Made by a program: the position numbers and the translations under genes. Below the pieces are notes generated by a model. It made no database searches, was not told the DNA's origin, and was given only the letters and a program-made list of their open reading frames with translations. From Auanema rhodensis (taxonomy: Eukaryota; Animalia; Nematoda): 64,000 nt of DNA. This document shows, piece by piece, positions 27,040 to 41,700 of this stretch. Each line of letters opens with the position of its first letter. Within the stretch, counting starts at the first letter, position 1. The stretch covers positions 20,832,001 to 20,896,000 of the forward strand of contig OZ059898.1 in NCBI GenBank assembly GCA_964057225.1. The letters run 5' to 3'.

Positions 27040-28340
27040 ACTTTAATTTATGCTAATTATATGTACACGTGATGTGCACTTGGTATGTAACTCGCTTCAC
27101 GTGAAAGATAAAAAGATGCGGTTTTCAAAATTAGATTTCCCATGTCCATATTAGTCTAAAAACAAATTTTTATTGATATTGGTTCATGGTAACCATGACT
27201 TTGAAATTTACGTGAATTTTAATTTATGCTAATTAAATGTACACGTGATGTGCACTTGGTATGTAACTCGCTTCACGTAAAAGATAAAGAGATGCGGTTT
27301 TCAAAATTAGATTTCCCATGTCCATATTAGTCTAAAAACAAATTTTTATTGATATTGGTTCATGATAACCATGACTTTGAAATTTACGTGAACTTTAATT
27401 TATGCTAATTAAATGTACACGTGATGTGCACTTGGTATGTAACTCGCTTCACGTGAAAGATAAAGAGATGCGGTTTTCAAAATTAGATTCACCATGTCCA
27501 TATTAGTCTAAAAACAAATTTTGATTGATATTGGTGCATGGTAACCATGACTTTGAAATTTACGTGAACTTTAATTTATGCTAATTATATGTACACGTGA
27601 TGTGCACTTGGTATGTAACTCGCTTCACGTGAAAGATAAAGAGATGCGGTTTTCAAAATTAGATTCCCCATGTCCATATTAGTCTAAAAACAAATTTTTA
27701 TTGATATTGGTTCATGGTAACCATGACTTTGAAATTTACGTGAACTTTAATTTATGCTAATTATATGTACACGTGATGTGCACTTGGTATGTAACTCGCT
27801 TCACGTGAAAGATAAAAAGATGCGGTTTTCAAAATTAGATTACCCATGTCCATATTAGTCTAAAAACAAATTTTTATTGATATTGGTTCATGGTAACCAT
27901 GACTTTGAAATTTACGTGAATTTTAATTTATGCTAATTAAATGTACACGTGATGTGCACTTGGTATGTAACTCGCTTCACGTAAAAGATAAAGAGATGCG
28001 GTTTTCAAAATTAGATTTCCCATGTCCATATTAGTCTAAAAACAAATTTTTATTGATATTGGTTCATGATAACCATGACTTTGAAATTTACGTGAACTTT
28101 AATTTATGCTAATTAAATGTACACGTGATGTGCACTTGGTATGTAACTCGCTTCACGTGAAAGATAAAGAGATGCGGTTTTCAAAATTAGATTCACCATG
28201 TCCATATTAGTCTAAAAACAAATTTTGATTGATATTGGTGCATGGTAACCATGACTTTGAAATTTACGTGAACTTTAATTTATGCTAATTAAATGTACAC
28301 GTGATGTGCACTTGGTATGTAACTCGCTTCACGTGAAAGA
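27040..28340 (+). repeat. Tandem 4-monomer duplication (704 bp)
   Basis: ATAAAAAGA at about 27112/27816 and rare ATTCACC at 27491/28195. Confidence 0.85.
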
Positions 28341-31300
28341 TAAAGAGATGCGGTTTTCAAAATTAGATTTCCCATGTCCATATTAGTCTAAAAACAAATT
28401 TTTATTGATATTGGTTCATGGTAACCATGACTTTGAAATTTACGTGAACTTTAATTTATGCTAATTAAATGTACACGTGATGTGCACTTGGTATGTAACT
28501 CGTTTCACGTGAAAGATAAAGAGATGCGGTTTTCAAAATTAGATTCCCCATGTCTATATTAGTCTAAAAACAAATTTTTATTGATATTGGTTCATGGTCA
28601 CCATGACTTTGAAATTTACGTGAACTTTAATTTATGCTAATTAAATGTACACGTGATGTGCACTTGGTATGTAACTCGCTTCACGTGAAAGATAAAGAGA
28701 TGCGGTTTTCAAAATTAGATTCCCCATGTCCATATTAGTCTAAAAACAAATTTTTATTGATATTGGTTCATGGTAACCATGACTTTGAAAATTACGTGAA
28801 TTTTAATTTATGCTAATTAAATGTACACGTGATGTGCACTTGGTATGTAACTCGCTTCACGTGAAAGATAAAGAGATGCGGTTTTCAAAATTAGATTCCC
28901 CATGTCCATATTAGTCTAAAAACAAATTTTTATTGATATTGGTTCATGGTAACCATGACTTTGAAATTTACGTGAACTTTAATTTATGCTAATTATATGT
29001 ACACGTGATGTGCACTTGGTATGTAACTCGCTTCACGTGAAAGATAAAGAGATGCGGTTTTCAAAATTAGATTCCCCATGTCCATATTAGTCTACAAACA
29101 AATTTTCATTGATATTGGTTCATGGTAACCATGACTTTGAAATTTACGTGAACTTTAATTTATGCTAATTAAATGTACACGTCATGTGCACTTGGTATGT
29201 AACTTGCTTCACGTGAAAGATAAAGAGATGCGGTTTTCAAAAGTAGATTCCCCATGTCCATATTAGTCTAAAAACAAATGTTTATTGATATTGGTGCATG
29301 GTAACCATGACTTTGAAATTTACGTGAACTTTAATTTATGCTAATTAAATGTACACGTGATGTGCACTTGGTATGTAACTCGCTTCACGTGAATGATAAA
29401 GAGATGCGGTTTTCAAAATTAGATTCCCCATGTCCATATTAGTCTAAAAACAAATTTTTATTGATATTGGTTCATGGTAACCATGACTTTGAAATTTACG
29501 TGAACTTTAATTTATGCTAATTAAATGTACACGTGATGTGCACTTGGTATGTAACTCGCTTCACGTGAAAGATAAAGAGATGCGGTTTTCAAAATTAGAT
29601 TCCCCATGTCCATATTAGTCTAAAAACAAATTTTTATTGATATTGGTTCATGGTACCCATGACTTTGAAATTTACGTGAACTTTAATTTATGCTAATTAA
29701 ATGTACACGTGATGTGCACTTGGTATGTAACTCGCTTCACGTGAAAGATAAAGAGATGCGGTTTTCAAAATTAGATTCCCCATGTCCATATTAGTCTAAA
29801 AACAAATTTTTATTGATATTGGTTCATGGTAACCATGACTTTGAAATTTACGTGAACTTTAATTTATGCTAATTATATGTACACGTGATGTGCACTTGGT
29901 ATGTAACTCGCTTCACGTGAAAGATAAAGAGATGCGGTTTTCAAAATTAGATTTCCCATGTCCATATTAGTCTAAAAACAAATTTTTATTGATATTGGTT
30001 CATGGTAACCATGACTTTGAAATTTACGTGAATTTTAATTTATGCTAATTAAATGTACACGTGATGTGCACTTGGTATGTAACTCGCTTCACGTAAAAGA
30101 TAAAGAGATGCGGTTTTCAAAATTAGATTTCCCATGTCCATATTAGTCTAAAAACAAATTTTTATTGATATTGGTTCATGATAACCATGACTTTGAAATT
30201 TACGTGAACTTTAATTTATGCTAATTAAATGTACACGTGATGTGCACTTGGTATGTAACTCGCTTCACGTGAAAGATAAAGAGATGCGGTTTTCAAAATT
30301 AGATTCCCCATGTCCATATTAGTCTAAAAACAAATTTTGATTGATATTGGTGCATGGTAACCATGACTTTGAAATTTACGTGAACTTTAATTTATGCTAA
30401 TTAAATGTACACGTGATGTGCACTTGGTATGTAACTCGCTTCACGTAAAAGATAAAGAGATGCGGTTTTCAAAATTAGATTTCCCATGTCCATATTAGTC
30501 TAAAAACAAATTTTTATTGATATTGGTTCATGGTAACCATGACTTTGAAATTTACGTGAACTTTAATTTATGCTAATTAAATGTACACGTGATGTGCACT
30601 TGGTATGTAACTCGCTTCACGTGAAAGATAAAGAGATGCGGTTTCCAAAATTAGATTTCCCATGTCCATATTAGTCTAAAAACAAATTTTTATTGATATT
30701 GGTTCATGGTAACCATGACTTTGAAATTTACGTGAACTTTAATTTATGCTAATTAAATGTACACGTGATGTGCACTTGGTATGTAACTCGCTTCACGTGA
30801 AAGATAAAGAGATGCGGTTTTCAAAATTAGATTCCCCATGTCCATATTAGTCTAATTACAAATTTTTATTGATATTGGTTCATGGTAACCATGACTTTGA
30901 AATTTACGTGAACTTTAATTTATGCTAATTAAATGTACACGTGATGTGCACTTGGTATGTAACTCGTTTCACGTGAAAGATAAAGAGATGCGGTTTTCAA
31001 AATTAGATTCCCCATGTCTATATTAGTCTAAAAACAAATTTTTATTGATATTGGTTCATGGTCACCATGACTTTGAAATTTACGTGAACTTTAATTTATG
31101 CTAATTAAATGTACACGTGATGTGCACTTGGTATGTAACTCGCTTCACGTGAAAGATAAAGAGATGCGGTTTTCAAAATTAGATTCCCCATGTCCATATT
31201 AGTCTAAAAACAAATTTTTATTGATATTGGTTCATGGTAACCATGACTTTGAAATTTACGTGAACTTTAATTTATGCTAATTAAATGTACACGTGATGTG

Positions 31301-34300
31301 CACTTGGTATGTAACTCGCTTCACGTGAAAGATAAAGAGATGCGGTTTTCAAAATTAGATTCCCCATGTCCATATTAGTCTAAAAACAAATTTTTATTGA
31401 TATTGGTTCATGGTAACCATGACTTTGAAAATTACGTGAATTTTAATTTATGCTAATTAAATGTACACGTGATGTGCACTTGGTATGTAACTCGCTTCAC
31501 GTGAAAGATAAAGATATGCGGTTTTCAAAATTAGATTCCCCATGTCCATATTAGTCTAAAAACAAATTTTTATTGATATTGGTTCATGGTAACCATGACT
31601 TTGAAATTTACGTGAACTTTAATTTATGCTAATTATATGTACACGTGATGTGCACTTGGTATGTAACTCGCTCCACGTGAAAGATAAAGAGATGCGGTTT
31701 TCAAAATTAGATTTCCCATGTTCATATTAGTCTAAAAACAAATTTTTATTGATATTGGTTCATGGTAACCATGACTTTGAAATTTACGTGAACTTTAATT
31801 TATGCTAATTAAATGTACACGTGATGTGCACTTGGTATGTAACTCGCTTCACGTGAAAGATAAAGAGATGCGGTTTTCAAAATTAGATTCCCCATGTCCA
31901 TATTAGTCTAAAAACAAATTTTGATTGATATTGGTGCATGGTAACCATGACTTTGAAATTTACGTGAACTTTAATTTATGCTAATTAAATGTACACGTGA
32001 TGTGCACTTGGTATGTAACTCGCTTCACGTGAAAGATAAAGAGATGCGGTTTTCAAAATTAGTTTTCCCATGTCCATATTAGTCTAAAAACAAATTTTTA
32101 TTGATATTGGTTCATGGTAACCATGACTTTGAAATTTAAGTGAACTTTAATTTATGCTAATTAAATGTACACGTGATGTGCACTTGGTATGTAACTCGCT
32201 TCACGTGAAAGATAAAGAGATGCGGTTTTCAAAATTAGATTCCCCATGTCCATATTAGTCTAATTACAAATTTTTATTGATATTGGTTCATGGTAACCAT
32301 GACTTTGAAATTTACGTGAACTTTAATTTATGCTAATTAAATGTACACGTGATGTGCACTTGGTATGTAACTCGTTTCACGTGAAAGATAAAGAGATGCG
32401 GTTTTCAAAATTAGATTCCCCATGTCCATATTAGTCTAAAAACAAATTTTTATTGATATTGGTTCATGGTAACCATGACTTTGAAATTTACGTGAACTTT
32501 AATTTATGCTAATTAAATGTACACGTGATGTGCACTTGGTATGTAACTCGCTTCACGTGAAAGATAAAGAGATGCGGTTTTCAAAATTAGATTCCCCATG
32601 TCCATATTAGTCTAAAAACAAATTTTTATTGATATTGGTGCATGGTAACTATGACTTTGAAATTTACGTGAACTTTAATTTATGCTAATTAAATGTACAC
32701 GTGATGTGCACTTGGTATGTAACTCGCTTCACGTAAAAGATAAAGAGATGCGGTTTTCAAAATTAGATTTCCCATGTCCATATTAGTCTAAAAACAAATT
32801 TTTATTGATATTGGTTCATGGTAACCATGACTTTGAAATTTACGTGAACTTTAATTTATGCTAATTAAGTGTACACGTGATGTGCACTTGGTATGTAACT
32901 CGCTTCACGTGAAAGATAACGAGATGCGGTTTTCAAAATTAGATTTCCCATGTCCATATTAGTCTAAAAACAAATTTTTATTGATATTGGTGCATGGTAA
33001 CCATGACTTTGAAATTTACGTGAACTTTAATTTATGCTAATTAAATGTACACGTGATGTGCACTTGGTATGTAACTCGCTTCACGTGAAAGATAAAGAGA
33101 TGCGGTTTTCAAAATTAGATTCCCCATGTCCATATTAGTCTAAAAACAAATTTTTATTGATATTGGTGCATGGTAACCATGACTTTGAAATTTACGTGAA
33201 CTTTAATTTATGCTAATTAAATGTACACGTGATGTGCACTTGGTATGTAACTCGCTTCACGTGAAAGATAAAGAGATGCGGTTTTCAAAATTAGATTCCC
33301 CATGTCCATATTAGTCTAAAAACAAATTTTTATTGATATTGGTTCATGGTAACCATGACTTTGAAATTTACGTGAACTTTAATTTATGCTAATTAAATGT
33401 ACACGTGATGTGCACTTGGTATGTAACTCGCTTCACGTGAAAGATAAAGAGATGCGGTTTTCAAAATTAGATTCCCCATGTCCATATTAGTCTAAAAACA
33501 AATTTTTATTGATATTGGTTCATGGTAACCATGACTTTGAAATTTACGTGAATTTTAATTTATGCTAATTAAATGTACACGTGATGTGCACTTGGTATGT
33601 AACTCGCTTCACGTGAAAGATAAAGAGATGCGGTTTTCAAAATTAGATTCCCCATGTCCATATTAGTCTAAAAACAAATTTTTATTGATATTGGTTCATG
33701 GTAACCATGACTTTGAAATTTACGTGAACTTTAATTTATGCTAATTATATGTACACGTGATGTGCACTTGGTATGTAACTCGCTTCACGTGAAAGATAAA
33801 GAGATGCGGTTTTCAAAATTAGATTCCCCATGTCCATATTAGTCTACAAACAAATTTTCATTGATATTGGTTCATGGTAACCATGACTTTGAAATTTACG
33901 TGAACTTTAATTTATGCTAATTAAATGTACACGTCATGTGCACTTGGTATGTAACTCGCTTCACGTGAAAGATAAAGAGATGCGGTTTTCAAAAGTAGAT
34001 TCCCCATGTCCATATTAGTCTAAAAACAAATGTTTATTGATATTGGTGCATGGTAACCATGACTTTGAAATTTACGTGAACTTTAATTTATGCTAATTAA
34101 ATGTACACGTGATGTGCACTTGGTATGTAACTCGCTTCACGTGAATGATAAAGAGATGCGGTTTTCAAAGTTAGATTCCCCATGTCCATATTAGTCTAAA
34201 AACAAATTTTTATTGATATTGGTTCATGGTAACCATGACTTTGAAATTTACGTGAACTTTAATTTATGCTAATTAAATGTACACGTGATGTGCACTTGGT

Positions 34301-35728
34301 ATGTAACTCGCTTCACGTGAAAGATAAAGAGATGCGGTTTTCAAAATTAGATTCCCCATGTCCATATTAGTCTAAAAACAAATTTTTATTGATATTGGTT
34401 CATGGTACCCATGACTTTGAAATTTACGTGAACTTTAATTTATGCTAATTAAATGTACACGTGATGTGCACTTGGTATGTAACTCGCTTCACGTGAAAGA
34501 TAAAGAGATGCGGTTTTCAAAGTTAGATTCCCCATGTCCATATTAGTCTAAAAACAAATTTTTATTGATATTGGTTCATGGTAACCATGACTTTGAAATT
34601 TACGTGAACTTTAATTTATGCTAATTAAATGTACACGTGATGTGCACTTGGTATGTAACTCGCTTCACGTGAAAGATAAAGAGATGCGGTTTTCAAAATT
34701 AGATTCCCCATGTACATGTTAGTCTAAAAACAAATTTTTATTGATATTGGTTCATGGTAACCATGACTTTGAAATTTACGTGAACTTTTATTTATGCTAA
34801 TTAAATGTACACGTGATGTGCACTTGGTATGTAACTCGCTTCACGTGAAAGATAAAGAGATGCGGTTTTCAAAATTAGATTCCCCATGTCCATATTAGTC
34901 TAAAAACAAATTTTTATTGATATTGGTTCATTGTAACCATGACTTTGAAATTTACGTGAACTTTAATTTATGCTAATTAAATGTACACGTGATGTGCACT
35001 TGGTACGTAACTCGCTTCACGTGAAAGATAAAGAGATGCGGTTCTCAAAATTAGATTCCCCATGTCCATATTAGTCTAAAAACAAATGTTTATTGATATT
35101 GGTTCATGGTAACCATGACTTTGAAATTTACGTGAACTTTAATTTATGCTAATTAAATGTACACGTGATGTGCACTTGGTATGTAACTCGCTTCACGTGA
35201 AAGATAAAGAGATGCGGTTTTCAAAATTAGATTCCCCATGTACATGTTAGTCTAAAAACAAATTTTTATTGATATTGGTTCATGGTAACCATGACTTTGA
35301 AATTTACGTGAACTTTAATTTATGCTAATTAAATGTACACGTGATGTGCACTTGGTATGTAACTCGCTTCACGTGAAAGATAAAGAGATGCGGTTTTTAA
35401 AATTAGATTCCCCATGTCCATATTAGTCTAAAAACAAATTTTTATTGATATTGGTTCATGGTAACCATGACTTTGAAATTTACGTGAACTTTAATTTATG
35501 CTAATTAAATGTACACGTGATGTGCACTTGGTATGTAACTCGCTTCACGTGAAAGATAAAGAGATGCGGTTTTCAAAATTAGATTCCCCATGTTCATGTT
35601 AGTCTAAAAACAAATTTTTATTGATATTGGTTCATGGTAACCATGACTTTGAAATTTACGTGAACTTTAATTTATGCTAATTAAATGTACACGTGATGTG
35701 CACTTGGTATGTAACTCGCTTCACGTGA

Positions 35729-38700
35729 AAGATAAAGAGATGCGGTTTTCAAAATTAGATTCCCCATGTCCATATTAGTCTAAAAACAAATTTTTATTGA
35801 TATTGGTTCATGGTCACCATGACTTTGAAATTTACGTGAACTTTAATTTATGCTAATTAAATGTACACGTGATGTGCATTTGGTATGTAACTCGCTTCAC
35901 GTGAAAGATAAAGAGATGCGGTTTTCAAAATTAGATTCCCCATGTTCATGTTAGTCTAAAAACAAATTTTTATTGATATTGGTTCATGGTAACCATGACT
36001 TTGAAATTTACGTGAACTTTAATTTATGCTAATTAAATGTACACGTGATGTGCACTTGGTATGTAACTCGCTTCACGTGAAAGATAAAGAGATGCGGTTT
36101 TCAAAATTAGATTCCCCATGTCCATATTAGTCTAAAAACAAATTTTTATTGATATTGGTTCATGGTAACCATGACTTTGAAATTTACGTGAACTTTAATT
36201 TATGCTAATTATTTGTACACGTGATGTGCACTTGGTGTGTAACTCGCTTCACGTGAAAGATAAAGAGATGCGGTTTTCAAAGTTAGATTCCCCATGTCCA
36301 TATTAGTCTAAAAACAAATTTTTATTGATATTGGTTCATGGTAACCATGACTTTGAAATTTACGTGAATTTTAATTTATGCTAATTAAATGTACACGTGA
36401 TGTGCACTTGGTATGTAACTCGCTTCACGTGAAAGATAAAGAGATGCGGTTTTCAAAATTAGATTCCCCATGTCCATATTAGTCTAAAAACAAATTTTTA
36501 TTGATATTGGTGCATGGTAACCATGACTTTGAAATTTACGTGAACTTTAATTTATGCTAATTAAATGTACACGTGATGTGCACTTGGTATGTAACTCGCT
36601 TCACGTAAAAGATAAAGAGATGCGGTTTTCAAAATTAGATTTCCCATGTCCATATTAGTCTAAAAACAAATTTTTATTGATATTGGTTCATGGTAACCAT
36701 GACTTTGAAATTTACGTGAACTTTAATTTATGCTAATTAAATGTACACGTGATGTGCACTTGGTATGTAACTCGCTTCACGTGAAAGATAAAGAGATGCG
36801 GTTTCCAAAATTAGATTTCCCATGTCCATATTAGTCTAAAAACAAATTTTTATTGATATTGGTTCATGGTAACCATGACTTTGAAATTTACGTGAACTTT
36901 AATTTATGCTAATTAAATGTACACGTGATGTGCACTTGGTATGTAACTCGCTTCACGTGAAAGATAAAGAGATGCGGTTTTCAAAATTAGATTCCCCATG
37001 TCCATATTAGTCTAATTACAAATTTTTATTGATATTGGTTCATGGTAACCATGACTTTGAAATTTACGTGAACTTTAATTTATGCTAATTAAATGTACAC
37101 GTGATGTGCACTTGGTATGTAACTCGCTTCACGTGAAAGATAAAGAGATGCGGTTTTCAAAATTAGATTCCCCATGTCCATATTAGTCTAAAAACAAATT
37201 TTTATTGATATTGGTTCATGGTCACCATGACTTTGAAATTTACGTGAACTTTAATTTATGCTAATTAAATGTACACGTGATGTGCACTTGGTATGTAACT
37301 CGCTTCACGTGAAAGATAAAGAGATGCGGTTTTCAAAATTAGATTCCCCATGTCCATATTAGTCTAAAAACAAATTTTTATTGATATTGGTTCATGGTAA
37401 CCATGACTTTGAAATTTACGTGAACTTTAATTTATGCTAATTAAATGTACACGTGATGTGCACTTGGTATGTAACTCGCTTCACGTAAAAGATAAAGAGA
37501 TGCGGTTTTCAAAATTAGATTTCCCATGTCCATATTAGTCTAAAAACAAATTTTTATTGATATTGGTTCATGGTAACCATGACTTTGAAATTTACGTGAA
37601 CTTTAATTTATGCTAATTAAATGTACACGTGATGTGAACTTGGTATGTAACTCGCTTCACGTGAAAGATAAAGAGATGCGGTTTTCAAAATTAGATTTCC
37701 CATGTCCATATTAGTCTAAAAACAAATTTTTATTGATATTGGTTCATGATAACCATGACTTTGAAATTTACGTGAACTTTAATTTATGCTAATTAAATGT
37801 ACACGTGATGTGCACTTGGTATGTAACTCGCTTTACGTGAAAGATAAAAAGATGCGGTTTTCAAAATTAGATTCCCCATGTCCATATTAGTCTAAAAACA
37901 AATTTTTATTGATATTGGTGCATGGTAACCATGACTTTGAAATTTACGTGAACTTTAATTCATGCTAATTAAATGTACACGTGATGTGCACTTGGTATGT
38001 AACTCGCTTCACGTGAAAGATAAAGAGATGCGGTTTTCAAAATTAGATTCCCCATGTCCATATTAGTCTAAAAACAAATTTTTATTGATATTGGTTCATG
38101 GTAACCATGACTTTGAAATTTACGTGAACTTTAATTTATGCTAATTAAATGTACACGTGATGTGCACTTGGTATGTAACTCGCTTCACGTGAAAGATAAA
38201 GAGATGCGGTTTTCAAAATTAGATTCCCCATGTCCATATTAGTCTAAAAACAAATTTTTATTGATATTGGTTCATGGTCACCATGACTTTGAAATTTACG
38301 TGAACTTTAATTTATGCTAATTAAATGTACACGTGATGTGCATTTGGTATGTAACTCGCTTCACGTGAAAGATAAAGAGATGCGGTTTTCAAAATTAGAT
38401 TCCACATGTTCATGTTAGTCTAAAAACAAATTTTTATTGATATTGGTTCATGGTAACCATGACTTTGAAATTTACGTGAACTTTAATTTATGCTAATTAA
38501 ATGTACACGTGATGTGCACTTGGTATGTAACTCGCTTCACGTGAAAGATAAAGAGATGCGGTTTTCAAAATTAGATTCCCCATGTCCATATTAGTCTAAA
38601 AACAAATTTTTATTGATATTGGTTCATGGTAACCATGACTTTGAAATTTACGTGAACTTTAATTTATGCTAATTATTTGTACACGTGATGTGCACTTGGT

Positions 38701-41700
38701 GTGTAACTCGCTTCACGTGAAAGATAAAGAGATGCGGTTTTCAAAGTTAGATTCCCCATGTCCATATTAGTCTAAAAACAAATTTTTATTGATATTGGTT
38801 CATGGTAACCATGACTTTGAAATTTACGTGAATTTTAATTTATGCTAATTAAATGTACACGTGATGTGCACTTGGTATGTAACTCGCTTCACGTGAAAGA
38901 TAAAGAGATGCGGTTTTCAAAATTAGATTCCCCATGTCCATATTAGTCTAAAAACAAATTTTTATTGATATTGGTGCATGGTAACCATGACTTTGAAATT
39001 TACGTGAACTTTAATTTATGCTAATTAAATGTACACGTGATGTGCACTTGGTATGTAACTCGCTTCACGTAAAAGATAAAGAGATGCGGTTTTCAAAATT
39101 AGATTTCCCATGTCCATATTAGTCTAAAAACAAATTTTTATTGATATTGGTTCATGGTAACCATGACTTTGAAATTTACGTGAACTTTAATTTATGCTAA
39201 TTAAATGTACACGTGATGTGCACTTGGTATGTAACTCGCTTCACGTGAAAGATAAAGAGATGCGGTTTCCAAAATTAGATTTCCCATGTCCATATTAGTC
39301 TAAAAACAAATTTTTATTGATATTGGTTCATGGTAACCATGACTTTGAAATTTACGTGAACTTTAATTTATGCTAATTAAATGTACACGTGATGTGCACT
39401 TGGTATGTAACTCGCTTCACGTGAAAGATAAAGAGATGCGGTTTTCAAAATTAGATTCCCCATGTCCATATTAGTCTAATTACAAATTTTTATTGATATT
39501 GGTTCATGGTAACCATGACTTTGAAATTTACGTGAACTTTAATTTATGCTAATTAAATGTACACGTGATGTGCACTTGGTATGTAACTCGCTTCACGTGA
39601 AAGATAAAGAGATGCGGTTTTCAAAATTAGATTCCCCATGTCCATATTAGTCTAAAAACAAATTTTTATTGATATTGGTTCATGGTCACCATGACTTTGA
39701 AATTTACGTGAACTTTAATTTATGCTAATTAAATGTACACGTGATGTGCACTTGGTATGTAACTCGCTTCACGTGAAAGATAAAGAGATGCGGTTTTCAA
39801 AATTAGATTCCCCATGTCCATATTAGTCTAAAAACAAATTTTTATTGATATTGGTTCATGGTAACCATGACTTTGAAATTTACGTGAACTTTAATTTATG
39901 CTAATTAAATGTACACGTGATGTGCACTTGGTATGTAACTCGCTTCACGTAAAAGATAAAGAGATGCGGTTTTCAAAATTAGATTTCCCATGTCCATATT
40001 AGTCTAAAAACAAATTTTTATTGATATTGGTTCATGGTAACCATGACTTTGAAATTTACGTGAACTTTAATTTATGCTAATTAAATGTACACGTGATGTG
40101 AACTTGGTATGTAACTCGCTTCACGTGAAAGATAAAGAGATGCGGTTTTCAAAATTAGATTTCCCATGTCCATATTAGTCTAAAAACAAATTTTTATTGA
40201 TATTGGTTCATGATAACCATGACTTTGAAATTTACGTGAACTTTAATTTATGCTAATTAAATGTACACGTGATGTGCACTTGGTATGTAACTCGCTTTAC
40301 GTGAAAGATAAAGAGATGCGGTTTTCAAAATTAGATTCCCCATGTCCATATTAGTCTAAAAACAAATTTTTATTGATATTGGTGCATGGTAACCATGACT
40401 TTGAAATTTACGTGAACTTTAATTCATGCTAATTAAATGTACACGTGATGTGCACTTGGTATGTAACTCGCTTCACGTGAAAGATAAAGAGATGCGGTTT
40501 TCAAAATTAGATTCCCCATGTCCATATTAGTCTAAAAACAAATTTTTATTGATATTGGTTCATGGTAACCATGACTTTGAAATTTACGTGAACTTTAATT
40601 TATGCTAATTAAATGTACACGTGATGTGCACTTGGTATGTAACTCGCTTCACGTGAAAAATAAAGAGATGCGGTTTTCAAAATTAGATTCCCCATGTCCA
40701 TATTAGTCTAAAAACAAATTTTTATTGATATTGGTTCATGGTAACCATGACTTTGAAATTTACGTGAATTTTAATTTATGCTAATTAAATGTACACGTGA
40801 TGTGCACTTGGTATGTAACTCGCTTCACGTGAAAGATAAAGAGATGCGGTTTTCAAAATTAGATTCCCCATGTCCATATTAGTCTAAAAACAAATTTTTA
40901 TTGATATTGGTTCATGGTAACCATGACTTTGAAATTTACGTGAACTTTAATTTATGCTAATTATATGTACACGTGATGTGCACTTGGTATGTAACTCGCT
41001 TCACGTGAAAGATAAAGAGATGCGGTTTTCAAAATTAGATTCCCCATGTCCATATTAGTCTACAAACAAATTTTCATTGATATTGGTTCATGGTAACCAT
41101 GACTTTGAAATTTACGTGAACTTTAATTTATGCTAATTAAATGTACACGTCATGTGCACTTGGTATGTAACTCGCTTTACGTGAAAGATAAAAAGATGCG
41201 GTTTTCAAAATTAGATTCCCCATGTCCATATTAGTCTAAAAACAAATTTTTATTGATATTGGTGCATGGTAACCATGACTTTGAAATTTACGTGAACTTT
41301 AATTCATGCTAATTAAATGTACACGTGATGTGCACTTGGTATGTAACTCGCTTCACGTGAAAGATAAAGAGATGCGGTTTTCAAAATTAGATTCCCCATG
41401 TCCATATTAGTCTAAAAACAAATTTTTATTGATATTGGTTCATGGTAACCATGACTTTGAAATTTACGTGAACTTTAATTTATGCTAATTAAATGTACAC
41501 GTGATGTGCACTTGGTATGTAACTCGCTTCACGTGAAAGATAAAGAGATGCGGTTCTCAAAATTAGATTCCCCATGTCCATATTAGTCTAAAAACAAATT
41601 TTTATTGATATTGGTTCATGGTCACCATGACTTTGAAATTTACGTGAACTTTAATTTATGCTAATTAAATGTACACGTGATGTGCATTTGGTATGTAACT

